Below, piece after piece: positions 9,269-16,970 of a DNA stretch of 30,434 bases. A program made the translations under genes and the position numbers. Numbering within the stretch: the stretch's first letter is position 1; the number at the start of each line of letters is the position of its first letter. The stretch covers positions 1-30,434 of IMG/VR virus record IMGVR_UViG_3300043823_000151; one strand, given 5' to 3'. This stretch comes from a virus. Taxonomy: Duplodnaviria > Caudoviricetes. The notes below the pieces were generated by a model. It was given only the letters and a program-made list of their open reading frames with translations. It was not told the DNA's origin and did no database searches.

Positions 9269-10062
9269 TATTGTGCTCCTTGTGGCAGCATACTTGGCTG
9301 AACTGGATTGGCTTGCTGGGGCGCTGCAGCGGCTTGCTGAGGTCTGAACATCGCCTGCTGAATGGCTAGTCGCTGCTGAGGCGTTAATGCGCCAGGAGCG
9401 GGCTGCTGACCCATTAACGAGCCTGTGAGGCTGCCGACGGCCATCTTCTTGATTGGTCCGCCGGCTTTATGCTTTTTTACGGCGGATCCTCTCTTCATGC
9501 CGTCGATGTCGTCCACCGCGTCTAATCCGCCCTTAGCTGGCTTTGCCTGAGCCTTTGACTCAGCGTCAGCCTTCTTGTCTCCAGTTGGGGGGACCTTTTT
9601 GATCTTGTCCTTATCCGCAGCGGACTTGCTCTTCTCTTTCTCTACGTCGCTGGAGCGGCTAGATGGGCGCTTAGCGGCCTCTGATGGCGCTGTGGCCTTC
9701 TTAGGGGCGTTATCTTTGACTTTCTTAATCTTATCCGCGTCGCCAGACTCTTTGCCGCTCTCGATTGAGCCGCCGGCCTTGTACTTGCGAACATTACCGC
9801 CCTCTTTCTTGGTGCGGCCGCCTTTGCGCAGCTTGCTAAGGTCGGTCTTCTCGCCGTCGTGCAGCTGATTATCATGCATACCAAAAGCGGACTTCACCAC
9901 CTTCTTGGCGGTCTTCTCGTCCTGCTTAATGTCGGCCTTGCCGCCCTCTTTGTAGCTGCCACCAGAGCACATAGGCTTAGCCTTACCGCCCTCGCGCATC
10001 ACGTTGACCTTGCCGCCCTCTTTGAAGTGCTGCATCTTAGGAAGCGTTTTAAATCCGTCCAT
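9268..10062 (-). CDS. Lys-rich low-complexity protein with repeated xxxGG motifs (possible internal head protein)
   Basis: 264 aa; AAGGA SD; about 11 GG/GS motif copies; Q/P/A-rich tail. Confidence 0.75.
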   Translation of the reverse strand: MDGFKTLPKMQHFKEGGKVNVMREGGKAKPMCSGGSYKEGGKADIKQDEKTAKKVVKSAFGMHDNQLHDGEKTDLSKLRKGGRTKKEGGNVRKYKAGGSIESGKESGDADKIKKVKDNAPKKATAPSEAAKRPSSRSSDVEKEKSKSAADKDKIKKVPPTGDKKADAESKAQAKPAKGGLDAVDDIDGMKRGSAVKKHKAGGPIKKMAVGSLTGSLMGQQPAPGALTPQQRLAIQQAMFRPQQAAAAPQQANPVQPSMLPQGAQ

Positions 10063-10082
10063 TTTTAATCCTTTAGGTTACC

Positions 10083-10119
10083 TATATATAGTAATGCAAA
10101 ATTATTACTGCTCTTGCCC
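10083..10119 (-). promoter_or_regulatory. Putative phage late promoter, copy 2
   Basis: GGGC-N17-TGCATTA-CTATATAT-A; the upstream box overlaps the endolysin 3' end. Confidence 0.75.
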
Positions 10120-10623
10120 CAAGAACAGTGCTCTCTCACGCTTTCTGCGGCCCTCCAGCTCGGGAGGTTTGTTCCACATGAGGAACGCGTCCGCGGCGCC
10201 GTTGAGGTCGCCCTGGTTGATCTTTCTAACAACGGTGGACTCTTTGAAGTGCGTTGCGCCAATGTTAAAGCACAGGCTGTACAGCGCGTCGTACTGGTTC
10301 TGGGTGAGCGGGACCTTGATCGACTGATTAACGGCCTCGTCGCACCATTTAAGGTCGTTCCTGAGCAGATCCTCGACCTGCTCGGTGGTGAGCGTGATGT
10401 CCTTTAGGTTGCTCTCCTCCGGCTTGATCAGGTGCCCCACGCCGATCGTCATAAGCCCCTTACTGTCCGCGTAGGCTTTACTCCGGAAGCCCTCTTCCTT
10501 GGTCACGAACTCGAGCGTTGATTTTGCTATTGCCATTACTTTCTCTTTTAAGTTTTCAATTTGCGGTTGCCAGGTGATGAAAATGTCAATCACCAGTAAG
10601 AGCGCCAGTAGCGCCTTCTTCAT
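10105..10623 (-). CDS. Endolysin, GH24 lysozyme, with an N-terminal hydrophobic segment
   Basis: Catalytic E-x8-D-x5-T (EGFRSKAYADSKGLMTIGVGH); QNQYDAL.S..FNIG; RRKRERALF. Confidence 0.93.
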   Translation of the reverse strand: MKKALLALLLVIDIFITWQPQIENLKEKVMAIAKSTLEFVTKEEGFRSKAYADSKGLMTIGVGHLIKPEESNLKDITLTTEQVEDLLRNDLKWCDEAVNQSIKVPLTQNQYDALYSLCFNIGATHFKESTVVRKINQGDLNGAADAFLMWNKPPELEGRRKRERALFLGQEQ

Positions 10624-10627
10624 GCTA

Positions 10628-11116
10628 TTAGGGCGCTGGCTTATGCAGCATCTGGTCCTTAGCCTGGCTGCTGGCGGATGAGCCGAAGTAGAACGACATA
10701 ATGGCTGTCCACGCCGTGCCCAGGCTGCCCAGCATGAGCAGCAGCGCGTCGCTTGTCTTAAATGTCTCCATCATGAGGCCGATCAGGATGCCAAAGAAGC
10801 CTGAGGTGACCATGACCGCTAGCAGTGGAGGGATGAACGAGTGCGAGCTTGACTGCATGTCCCTCGCGGACTTTCTGTCGTCCACGGCGAGCTGCTCAAA
10901 GTCCAGGCCCAGCTCCTGTGCCTTGGCCTTCAGCGCTATCTCCGCCTGCTGCACGCTGGCGATCTGATCAGAGGTGAGCTTGCCGTCGTCCAGCATCTTC
11001 TTCGCGTCGTCTTGGGATATGTTGAGCGCCTTAGAGACGGCCTCGTACGCCAGGCCGCCCAGAGGGCCTCCTAGGCATGTCGCTATTGTTGGGCAAATTG
11101 TTTTTAGCCAATCCAT
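10628..11116 (-). CDS. Holin (GTA-type 3-TM family-like)
   Basis: DRKSARDM, two C-terminal hydrophobic helices, FYFGSS; AGGAG SD; adjacent to the endolysin. Confidence 0.8.
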   Translation of the reverse strand: MDWLKTICPTIATCLGGPLGGLAYEAVSKALNISQDDAKKMLDDGKLTSDQIASVQQAEIALKAKAQELGLDFEQLAVDDRKSARDMQSSSHSFIPPLLAVMVTSGFFGILIGLMMETFKTSDALLLMLGSLGTAWTAIMSFYFGSSASSQAKDQMLHKPAP

Positions 11117-11125
11117 CTTATTCTC

Positions 11126-11323
11126 CTATTTACTGTGCCAGTTCTGCTCGTACATAACCAGCTCCTCTGCGCTCGCGCGCTTCTTCATCTCGTAGTCCGT
11201 GTGTATCGCGTAGAACATGCCCGCCATCACGAAGCTCACGACCAGGATCGCCGTGGCGATCGCGAATCTTATGTGCCAGCGATCGTAGAACTCTCTTTTC
11301 TTTCTCTCAGCCGCTATGAACTT
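11126..11323 (-). other. -1-frame coding extension (65 aa with a TM helix) of the 11314..11709 gene
   Basis: KFIAAERKKREFYDRWHIRFAIATAILVVSFVMAGMFYAIHTDYEMKKRASAEELVMYEQNWHSK*; no start codon before the TM segment; entered through the A9 run at 11322-11330. Confidence 0.7.
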
Positions 11324-11709
11324 TTTTTTTCAGCCAGTTCTTTTGCCTCTTTTTCGGCTCGTAGGCGGTTGCGCTCTACTGTGAATGGCTCCCAGATCGC
11401 TCCGAGCTCTGGCGGTGAGTGATAGATCAGCAGCTCGCGCAGCTCTGTCTCCGCGTTCTCTAGGCGCTTTCTGGCTATGATGTTATCCAGCGCGATGACG
11501 CTCAGAGATTTGCCCTTTGGCGGGTTCTTTTCTTTTTCTTTAAAGTCCTCGATCGCCGCTTCTTGGTGATCAAAGAAGTCACCGAGGTGCTTGCTCATGT
11601 CCGTCACTATGTCGTGAACGTCATGCGCCGTGCCCTTAACCTCTTTGTAGACGGCGACGCCCTGCTTAATGGCACCAAACGCCATCATGGCGAGCGTTAG
11701 TGGGTCCAT
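11314..11709 (-). CDS. Helical hypothetical protein of the lysis region (131 aa; 194 aa if frameshifted)
   Basis: TAATG-coupled to the upstream gene; ends GAA AAA AAA AGT TCA TAG. Confidence 0.75.
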   Translation of the reverse strand: MDPLTLAMMAFGAIKQGVAVYKEVKGTAHDVHDIVTDMSKHLGDFFDHQEAAIEDFKEKEKNPPKGKSLSVIALDNIIARKRLENAETELRELLIYHSPPELGAIWEPFTVERNRLRAEKEAKELAEKKSS

Positions 11710-11918
11710 TACCTAATCGTCAAGAAGTGCGTCAAGTAGCCCACGCAGGAGCTGATCGCGGAGACGATCACCATGCCCATCCAGAAGCCGCCCTTGGATT
11801 TATTGGCGAGCTCGACGAGCTGGCACACAGAGGTCTCCAGCTTGTCGATCTTCCTCTCTAGCGCGTCTACGTTCGCGACCAGTTGACCGTACTGAAATAA
11901 GTCAAATGAGTCGCTCAC
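11709..11918 (-). CDS. Small coiled-coil protein with a C-terminal TM helix
   Basis: 69 aa; heptad segment followed by KGGFWMGMVIVSAISSCVGYL. Confidence 0.7.
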   Translation of the reverse strand: MSDSFDLFQYGQLVANVDALERKIDKLETSVCQLVELANKSKGGFWMGMVIVSAISSCVGYLTHFLTIR

Positions 11919-11920
11919 GC

Positions 11921-12316
11921 TTAATTACCGGCTACGGGTGCTACGGATGTTGGCGCTAGGGCCGCAGGCGCTGTGGTTGTTAGCGCTGCAGGGGCCTCTA
12001 CAGGGGCCTCTACAGGGGCTGCAACGGGTGCTGGGGCCTCTACAGGGGCTGCAACGGGTGCAGGTGCTGGCACTGGCGCCGCTGCGGCGATTGCGATCAC
12101 CTGCTGCTGGATGACCGATATGGTCGGCGCGGTGTTGGCGGCGGTTGATGAGTCGTTCGCTGTTGGAGGCGCGGATGATACGGGTTTTTGGCTGAGCGCG
12201 ACGACGTGGTGATCGGCGTAGATGCTCTCCAGGTGAGCGATGAATGACTCAATCTCTGTCTTGGCCTCTGACTCGAATTTTTGCAAGTGTGAGCGGATCT
12301 CTTTTAAGAATGACAT
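11921..12316 (-). CDS. Hypothetical protein with a Pro/Ala-rich repeat tail
   Basis: AAGGAG SD; APVAAPVEAP repeats at about 11990-12075. Confidence 0.7.
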   Translation of the reverse strand: MSFLKEIRSHLQKFESEAKTEIESFIAHLESIYADHHVVALSQKPVSSAPPTANDSSTAANTAPTISVIQQQVIAIAAAAPVPAPAPVAAPVEAPAPVAAPVEAPVEAPAALTTTAPAALAPTSVAPVAGN

Positions 12317-12331
12317 GGTTTTCTCCTTAGG

Positions 12332-12517
12332 TTAATTGGCTGGCGTCTCAATAACCTTGAGCAAGGTTACGACAACTGAAATTATAAGACCTGCTATCAT
12401 TTGATGGATAGGGGTTAGGGGTAGCTCGAACAAAAAGCCCTGCATGACGGACAGGACTGCGATGATTAAGGCCCACTGGACCGATTTGGTTTTGAGTACG
12501 GTGATTAGTGTGTTCAT
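12332..12517 (-). CDS. Small two-TM membrane protein (holin-like)
   Basis: 61 aa, two hydrophobic helices, ATGA overlap. Confidence 0.6.
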   Translation of the reverse strand: MNTLITVLKTKSVQWALIIAVLSVMQGFLFELPLTPIHQMIAGLIISVVVTLLKVIETPAN

Positions 12518-13494
12518 GATTTAGGTTGTAGTGCTGTTACTTGGGATTGTAGGGTTGTTAATTCTGCGCTGAGTTGCTGAATTGCGCTAACCATTGTTGG
12601 TATCATGTCACCCATTTTCAAATACAGTTTGTTTATATTTGAACCATCTTCAGCATGAGAATACACAGATTCTGAAACCAAATCAGGCAACACAGTTTGA
12701 ACTTCTTGAGAAATAAATCCTGCTACGTTTGTGCCGTCTCCGTTAATCCAATCAAACCTACGGGGCTGAAGTTTGTTAATCTCAGCTAACCCCGTTTCTA
12801 AGGGTTTAATATTTGTTTTAAGTGTTTGGTCTGAAAGTGCAGTAATACTTGTGCTTGTTGCATATACAGTTCCTCCAGCCCCTACATAAAAACGGTAAAC
12901 CCCTGCTGTTGTTGAAAATAAATTCCAAGTTGACCATGAGTTTGTACTTTGAGAAGTAACTGAACTTGTTGTGCCATCAGGATACGCCATAAAACCGTTT
13001 CCAGATGTTAAACTTGCACTTGTTTTCCCCACCAACAAGTTACCACTAGCATCTAGTGTCATTATTTGAGATGGAGTTGCAGTATTCCCCGCTGTTCCTG
13101 ATGCGGCTGTATACCACTGATGTTGACCGTTCGTGTTACTTTGAAGATACGATAACCCATAAGTGCTTGTCAGATATTTCCACGCATAACCAGCAGAAGT
13201 TGCTACCAACCCATTTTGCATTGCCGTATACAAATTAGTAGACGAAATGCTTCCTGCGGTATTAAGTTGAAAAGCAGAAACTCCAGACCAGTTAGTGCTA
13301 GGAGTAACACCTAATCCAAAGTTACCATTTGTATCTAATGTCGCATTAGTCGTACCATTAGATTGCAGACTTAAACTTGATCCTGATGCTGATCCAACAA
13401 TAGGAGATATAACCTGTGTTGTTACTGTCTCTGTTCCTGTGTTTGTTATGCCAGGGGTGCTGATACCTGTTGTGCCGTTGATGGTTACGGTCAT
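12514..13494 (-). CDS. Tail fibre/spike with a C-terminal intramolecular chaperone (peptidase S74-like)
   Basis: SDQTLKTNI...LQPRRFDW...GFISQEV...P..V followed by a coiled coil. Confidence 0.85.
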   Translation of the reverse strand: MTVTINGTTGISTPGITNTGTETVTTQVISPIVGSASGSSLSLQSNGTTNATLDTNGNFGLGVTPSTNWSGVSAFQLNTAGSISSTNLYTAMQNGLVATSAGYAWKYLTSTYGLSYLQSNTNGQHQWYTAASGTAGNTATPSQIMTLDASGNLLVGKTSASLTSGNGFMAYPDGTTSSVTSQSTNSWSTWNLFSTTAGVYRFYVGAGGTVYATSTSITALSDQTLKTNIKPLETGLAEINKLQPRRFDWINGDGTNVAGFISQEVQTVLPDLVSESVYSHAEDGSNINKLYLKMGDMIPTMVSAIQQLSAELTTLQSQVTALQPKS

Positions 13495-13700
13495 GGTAAT
13501 GTCTCCATAAAGGTTTTGATCTGGTCAGCCGTCATGACTGTGCCAGTAGCGTCTTCAAGTTGTATACCGTTGGTGATGTCTTTTTTGAAGTTTGCATAGT
13601 CTGTGTTGCCAGGTGCGAAAGGTATAAACGCAGTATCTGCTACTCTTTGAATAACATTTATTGACACAACGCCACTTGGGTTCAGTATTTGTTTGTACAT
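13491..13700 (-). CDS. Putative tail fibre assembly/chaperone protein
   Basis: 69 aa with FIPFAPGNTDY; directly follows the one fibre gene that lacks an S74 domain. Confidence 0.55.
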   Translation of the reverse strand: MYKQILNPSGVVSINVIQRVADTAFIPFAPGNTDYANFKKDITNGIQLEDATGTVMTADQIKTFMETLP

Positions 13701-13701
13701 A

Positions 13702-14901
13702 TTAGAGTTCCGCTGTGTAGGTTATATAACCTGTTGAATATGGCTGCACATTAAATGGACCTGTTGCCGTGGCGCCTACATAAATAAAAACACTTTGGTA
13801 ATCATTAGGAGAGGCTACGGGAGTTGATGTTGTTGTATTTGAATGCGTCCAACTTCCACCAAAAGCAACAGTTGGAGTTGTTCTCATCGCAACAGGCAAT
13901 GGGTATGATTGACCACAACTATAATTTGCTAAGTTATATCCATAAATTGTTCCTTCACCATATCCTGTATTGCTGCCAAGGGGAGTCTGTCTAAAGTACC
14001 TCCACGCCATCATCAACTCTCTACCATAGTCACGGTAATCAAAGCTAGTAGCTGTTGTTCCTTTTTCTAGTTGGACACCTGTTATGTAGAGATAGTTACT
14101 GGTACTGCCCATCAAAGATGTAGCGCCCGTTGATGTTACATAGTAGCCAGAAGACCAAGCTCCAGCAGTGCCACTATTGGCAGTGCCGACACCCAAGCCC
14201 CAACATACCCTAATCCCAACGCCATTGGTAGCCCCAACCCAAGTTCCTGACTGATCTCCAGCAATTGTGATGCTGATCGAAGTCCAAGTATTTGCCGATG
14301 AAATCGTGTAGTTAAACGGATATGCTCTGTTGTTTGCGCTATTCAGCAAAGAGCCGCCAAAAGTTCCAGTTAAATTGGAGTAAGCCCAAAATGAAAGAGT
14401 TACTGTTTTAGCGTTTGCCGTTCCAAATCCTAGGTCAGAGGTATTAAAACCTTCAATGGCTTGTGAAATATAAAAATAATCTGAACTTCCAACGGAAGCA
14501 GTTGCCGCACAACTAACCCCTAAATAATTTGAAAACCCAATAGGGGGATTTGCACTTAACTGTTGAAATGTAAGTTTTGATGCTTGTGATGCGGAAAAGT
14601 TAAATCTATCAATGTAATATACATAAGCCGCTGTTGTACTTGGCGTTACAGCGTTTGTCCCGTTGTACTGGCTAATATTCATCGCACCATTAATAATGCG
14701 ATTCTTAAACCCAAAAGTATTAGGTGTGTTTAAGTACCCCGCTAAAGTTGTGTTCTGATTATTATCAATAGTCAACGCTGTAGTAGCCGTACCTGCACTT
14801 GTTGTAGACTGCAACGCAAGCTGACCTGATGTGTCCCCTGCGTACTTTATCCCTGATGTACCGCTTGATACACCATTGTCTGCGATAAGTAGATTAGCCA
14901 T
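13702..14901 (-). CDS. Tail fibre/receptor-binding protein
   Basis: FKNRIING.M.ISQ...DRF...ITGVQLEKGTTATSFDYR...EL...RY, a recurrent phage fibre domain. Confidence 0.8.
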   Translation of the reverse strand: MANLLIADNGVSSGTSGIKYAGDTSGQLALQSTTSAGTATTALTIDNNQNTTLAGYLNTPNTFGFKNRIINGAMNISQYNGTNAVTPSTTAAYVYYIDRFNFSASQASKLTFQQLSANPPIGFSNYLGVSCAATASVGSSDYFYISQAIEGFNTSDLGFGTANAKTVTLSFWAYSNLTGTFGGSLLNSANNRAYPFNYTISSANTWTSISITIAGDQSGTWVGATNGVGIRVCWGLGVGTANSGTAGAWSSGYYVTSTGATSLMGSTSNYLYITGVQLEKGTTATSFDYRDYGRELMMAWRYFRQTPLGSNTGYGEGTIYGYNLANYSCGQSYPLPVAMRTTPTVAFGGSWTHSNTTTSTPVASPNDYQSVFIYVGATATGPFNVQPYSTGYITYTAEL

Positions 14902-14911
14902 TGTTTATCCT

Positions 14912-16294
14912 TTAAAAACCTGCCACATTAGCGGCTTTGAGTTTTGCTTCTAGGGCTGTGATTGTGGTTGCCTGTGCTGTGACAAGCGTGTTTAGTTCTT
15001 GAATGGAAGCAATTAAGATTGGGATAAGTTCTGTATAACGAACACCCAAATAATCTGTTTCATCTTCTTTAGAATGACGAACTGTATCAATAGCTTCTGG
15101 CACAACAGCCTGTACTGACTGAGCAATTACACCAACTTGAGGTTTATTGGTTTCGTCATCTTTCCAAGTAAACTTAACTGGCTGTATTTGTGCAATGTCA
15201 GCAAGAGCCGTTGTGTAAGTACCTGTGACGTTTTTAAGGCGAGAATCAGAGGCTGACACCCAAGCAGTTGCACCAGATGTAAGACTTACACCGCCAGAAG
15301 TGCCACCAGCAGTACAAGTCAAAGTATTGTACGAAGTTCCACCTTTAATGTTTGAGTTAGAGCCTACGTACCATACATATGATTGAGAACCTATTGCTCC
15401 TGTTGAAGCGGCAATTACTGGACCCCATCCACTGGTTGCATACCCATTTAAAGCAATATTTCCTGAACCAGCGGTTGTACCTAACCCAAAATACCAAGCA
15501 TCTCCGTTATTTCTATATGCAGAAGGATTCCCAGCCCCATCAGACAGCACAATGTAGTTACTGGATGTGGTGATGTTTAGACCACCTTGGTTGCCTGAGA
15601 ACGAACCAAGAATAGTGTTATTAGTGCCAGATGTAACTGATGAGCCAGAGCCGTTTCCGATAAAAGTATTAAAAGTGTTTCCCGCAGAACTAGCAGCAAA
15701 CGAAAAACCAGCGCTATTTCCAATAAAAGTATTTGCCCCACCAAGCACATTCGTATACCCCGCCTGATACCCTACTGCTGTGTTGTAAGATGCTGTGGTG
15801 TTGTTGACTAAGGCTTGGCAACCAAGAGCTGTGTTAAATCCACCTGTTGTATTATGATAAAAAGCATTTACACCAAAAGCAGCATTGTAACTACCAGTAG
15901 TATTTGAGTAAGAAGAAAAATTACCAAAGGAAGCGTTTTGTTGTGATGTTGTGTTTGAATACAAAGCATTAGCACCAAAAGCATCACATTGAGTGCCAGT
16001 TGTATTTGTATAACCAGCTTGATAACCTACCGCTGTGTTATATCCACTTCCGCTGTTAGCCCCAGCAAGAGCTGATGATCCAACCGCAGTATTGTTTGAT
16101 ACAGACCCCGCACCCAGTCCAACAGTAAGACCGTGAATAGTAGCGTCATTGTTTAAGCTCACAACCTGGCTAGAGCTTATCGTCAGCGCAGTAGTAGGAG
16201 TAGCCCCTGTCTGAATAACAAGTGATCCAGATGTGTCTGGTACTACGTTGTACGCAGTATTTGATGTGGTGGATGCCGAAATGGTCGTTGCCAT
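14912..16294 (-). CDS. Tail fibre with NTAVG-type repeats and a C-terminal S74-like chaperone
   Basis: About 14-aa NTAVGYQAGYTNTTG repeats; SDSRLKNV...GVIAQSVQAVVPEAI...Y.ELIP.L. Confidence 0.85.
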   Translation of the reverse strand: MATTISASTTSNTAYNVVPDTSGSLVIQTGATPTTALTISSSQVVSLNNDATIHGLTVGLGAGSVSNNTAVGSSALAGANSGSGYNTAVGYQAGYTNTTGTQCDAFGANALYSNTTSQQNASFGNFSSYSNTTGSYNAAFGVNAFYHNTTGGFNTALGCQALVNNTTASYNTAVGYQAGYTNVLGGANTFIGNSAGFSFAASSAGNTFNTFIGNGSGSSVTSGTNNTILGSFSGNQGGLNITTSSNYIVLSDGAGNPSAYRNNGDAWYFGLGTTAGSGNIALNGYATSGWGPVIAASTGAIGSQSYVWYVGSNSNIKGGTSYNTLTCTAGGTSGGVSLTSGATAWVSASDSRLKNVTGTYTTALADIAQIQPVKFTWKDDETNKPQVGVIAQSVQAVVPEAIDTVRHSKEDETDYLGVRYTELIPILIASIQELNTLVTAQATTITALEAKLKAANVAGF

Positions 16295-16303
16295 AATCTT
16301 TCC

Positions 16304-16954
16304 TTAAATAATAACTTGTCTGCTACCAGCTTGCAGAGTGAATGTAACTCCTGCCGTAACACCCCAAGGACCAATTGATACCACATTAGCACCTGAAGGT
16401 ACTACCGTATTTTGTGTGACCATGTTTGCCATTGATATGACACCGTTACTTGCGTAGATCTCAGGAGCTTGTAACTGACCTGTAGATGGTGTGTAAAGGT
16501 AGTTTGCGTTACTTGTGTAGACAACCTGTGCCGTGCCAGATGTTGCGTGCGCGAACAGTGGATAAACCGCTGTGGCAGTCGTTGTGTCGTTCGTGATAGA
16601 TGAGCCACCAACAGAGTACCAACCCGCCACGCTTGCGACCTCGCTGTACCCCTCAAATTGCTTAGTCGTCGTGTTATATCGGATCATGCCCTCCACTGGA
16701 GAGCTTGGCTCTTGAGCTGTTGTGCCTGCGGGCAGCGTTACTGCCCCGGTGCCAACAAAAATACCCGCCGCGGCGTTTGCGCTGGCCAGGGTCGTCACCG
16801 TTCCAGAGGCGTTCTTGAAGAACAAGATGCCATCATAATAGTTCAGCGCCAGCTCAGCGCCAGTTGTGCCGCTAGTTAAATTGGCAGCCGTGGGCGTATG
16901 CCCAGTAGTTCCACTGGCGTACAGTAGTATTGGCGTGTATCCGCTTTGTGCCAT
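16304..16954 (-). CDS. Putative fibre adaptor protein (Mtd N-terminal/hyaluronidase-like N domain)
   Basis: P.A.NL...AELALNYYDG.LFFK; LPAGTTAQ.P...GMIRYNTT...FEGY; short beta-strand C terminus. Confidence 0.65.
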   Translation of the reverse strand: MAQSGYTPILLYASGTTGHTPTAANLTSGTTGAELALNYYDGILFFKNASGTVTTLASANAAAGIFVGTGAVTLPAGTTAQEPSSPVEGMIRYNTTTKQFEGYSEVASVAGWYSVGGSSITNDTTTATAVYPLFAHATSGTAQVVYTSNANYLYTPSTGQLQAPEIYASNGVISMANMVTQNTVVPSGANVVSIGPWGVTAGVTFTLQAGSRQVII

Positions 16955-16970
16955 GTTATGTTCCTCTTAA

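Noticed and set aside
11270-11316. Amber readthrough or TAG recoding at the 11314 stop
   Set aside because: The same frame reaches TAA after about 14 codons; the coding-like continuation is in the -1 frame, and other genes are intact under the standard code.
12514-16954. Diversity-generating retroelement suggested by the Mtd-N-like domain
   Set aside because: No reverse transcriptase and no adenine-mismatched TR/VR pair seen in the window.
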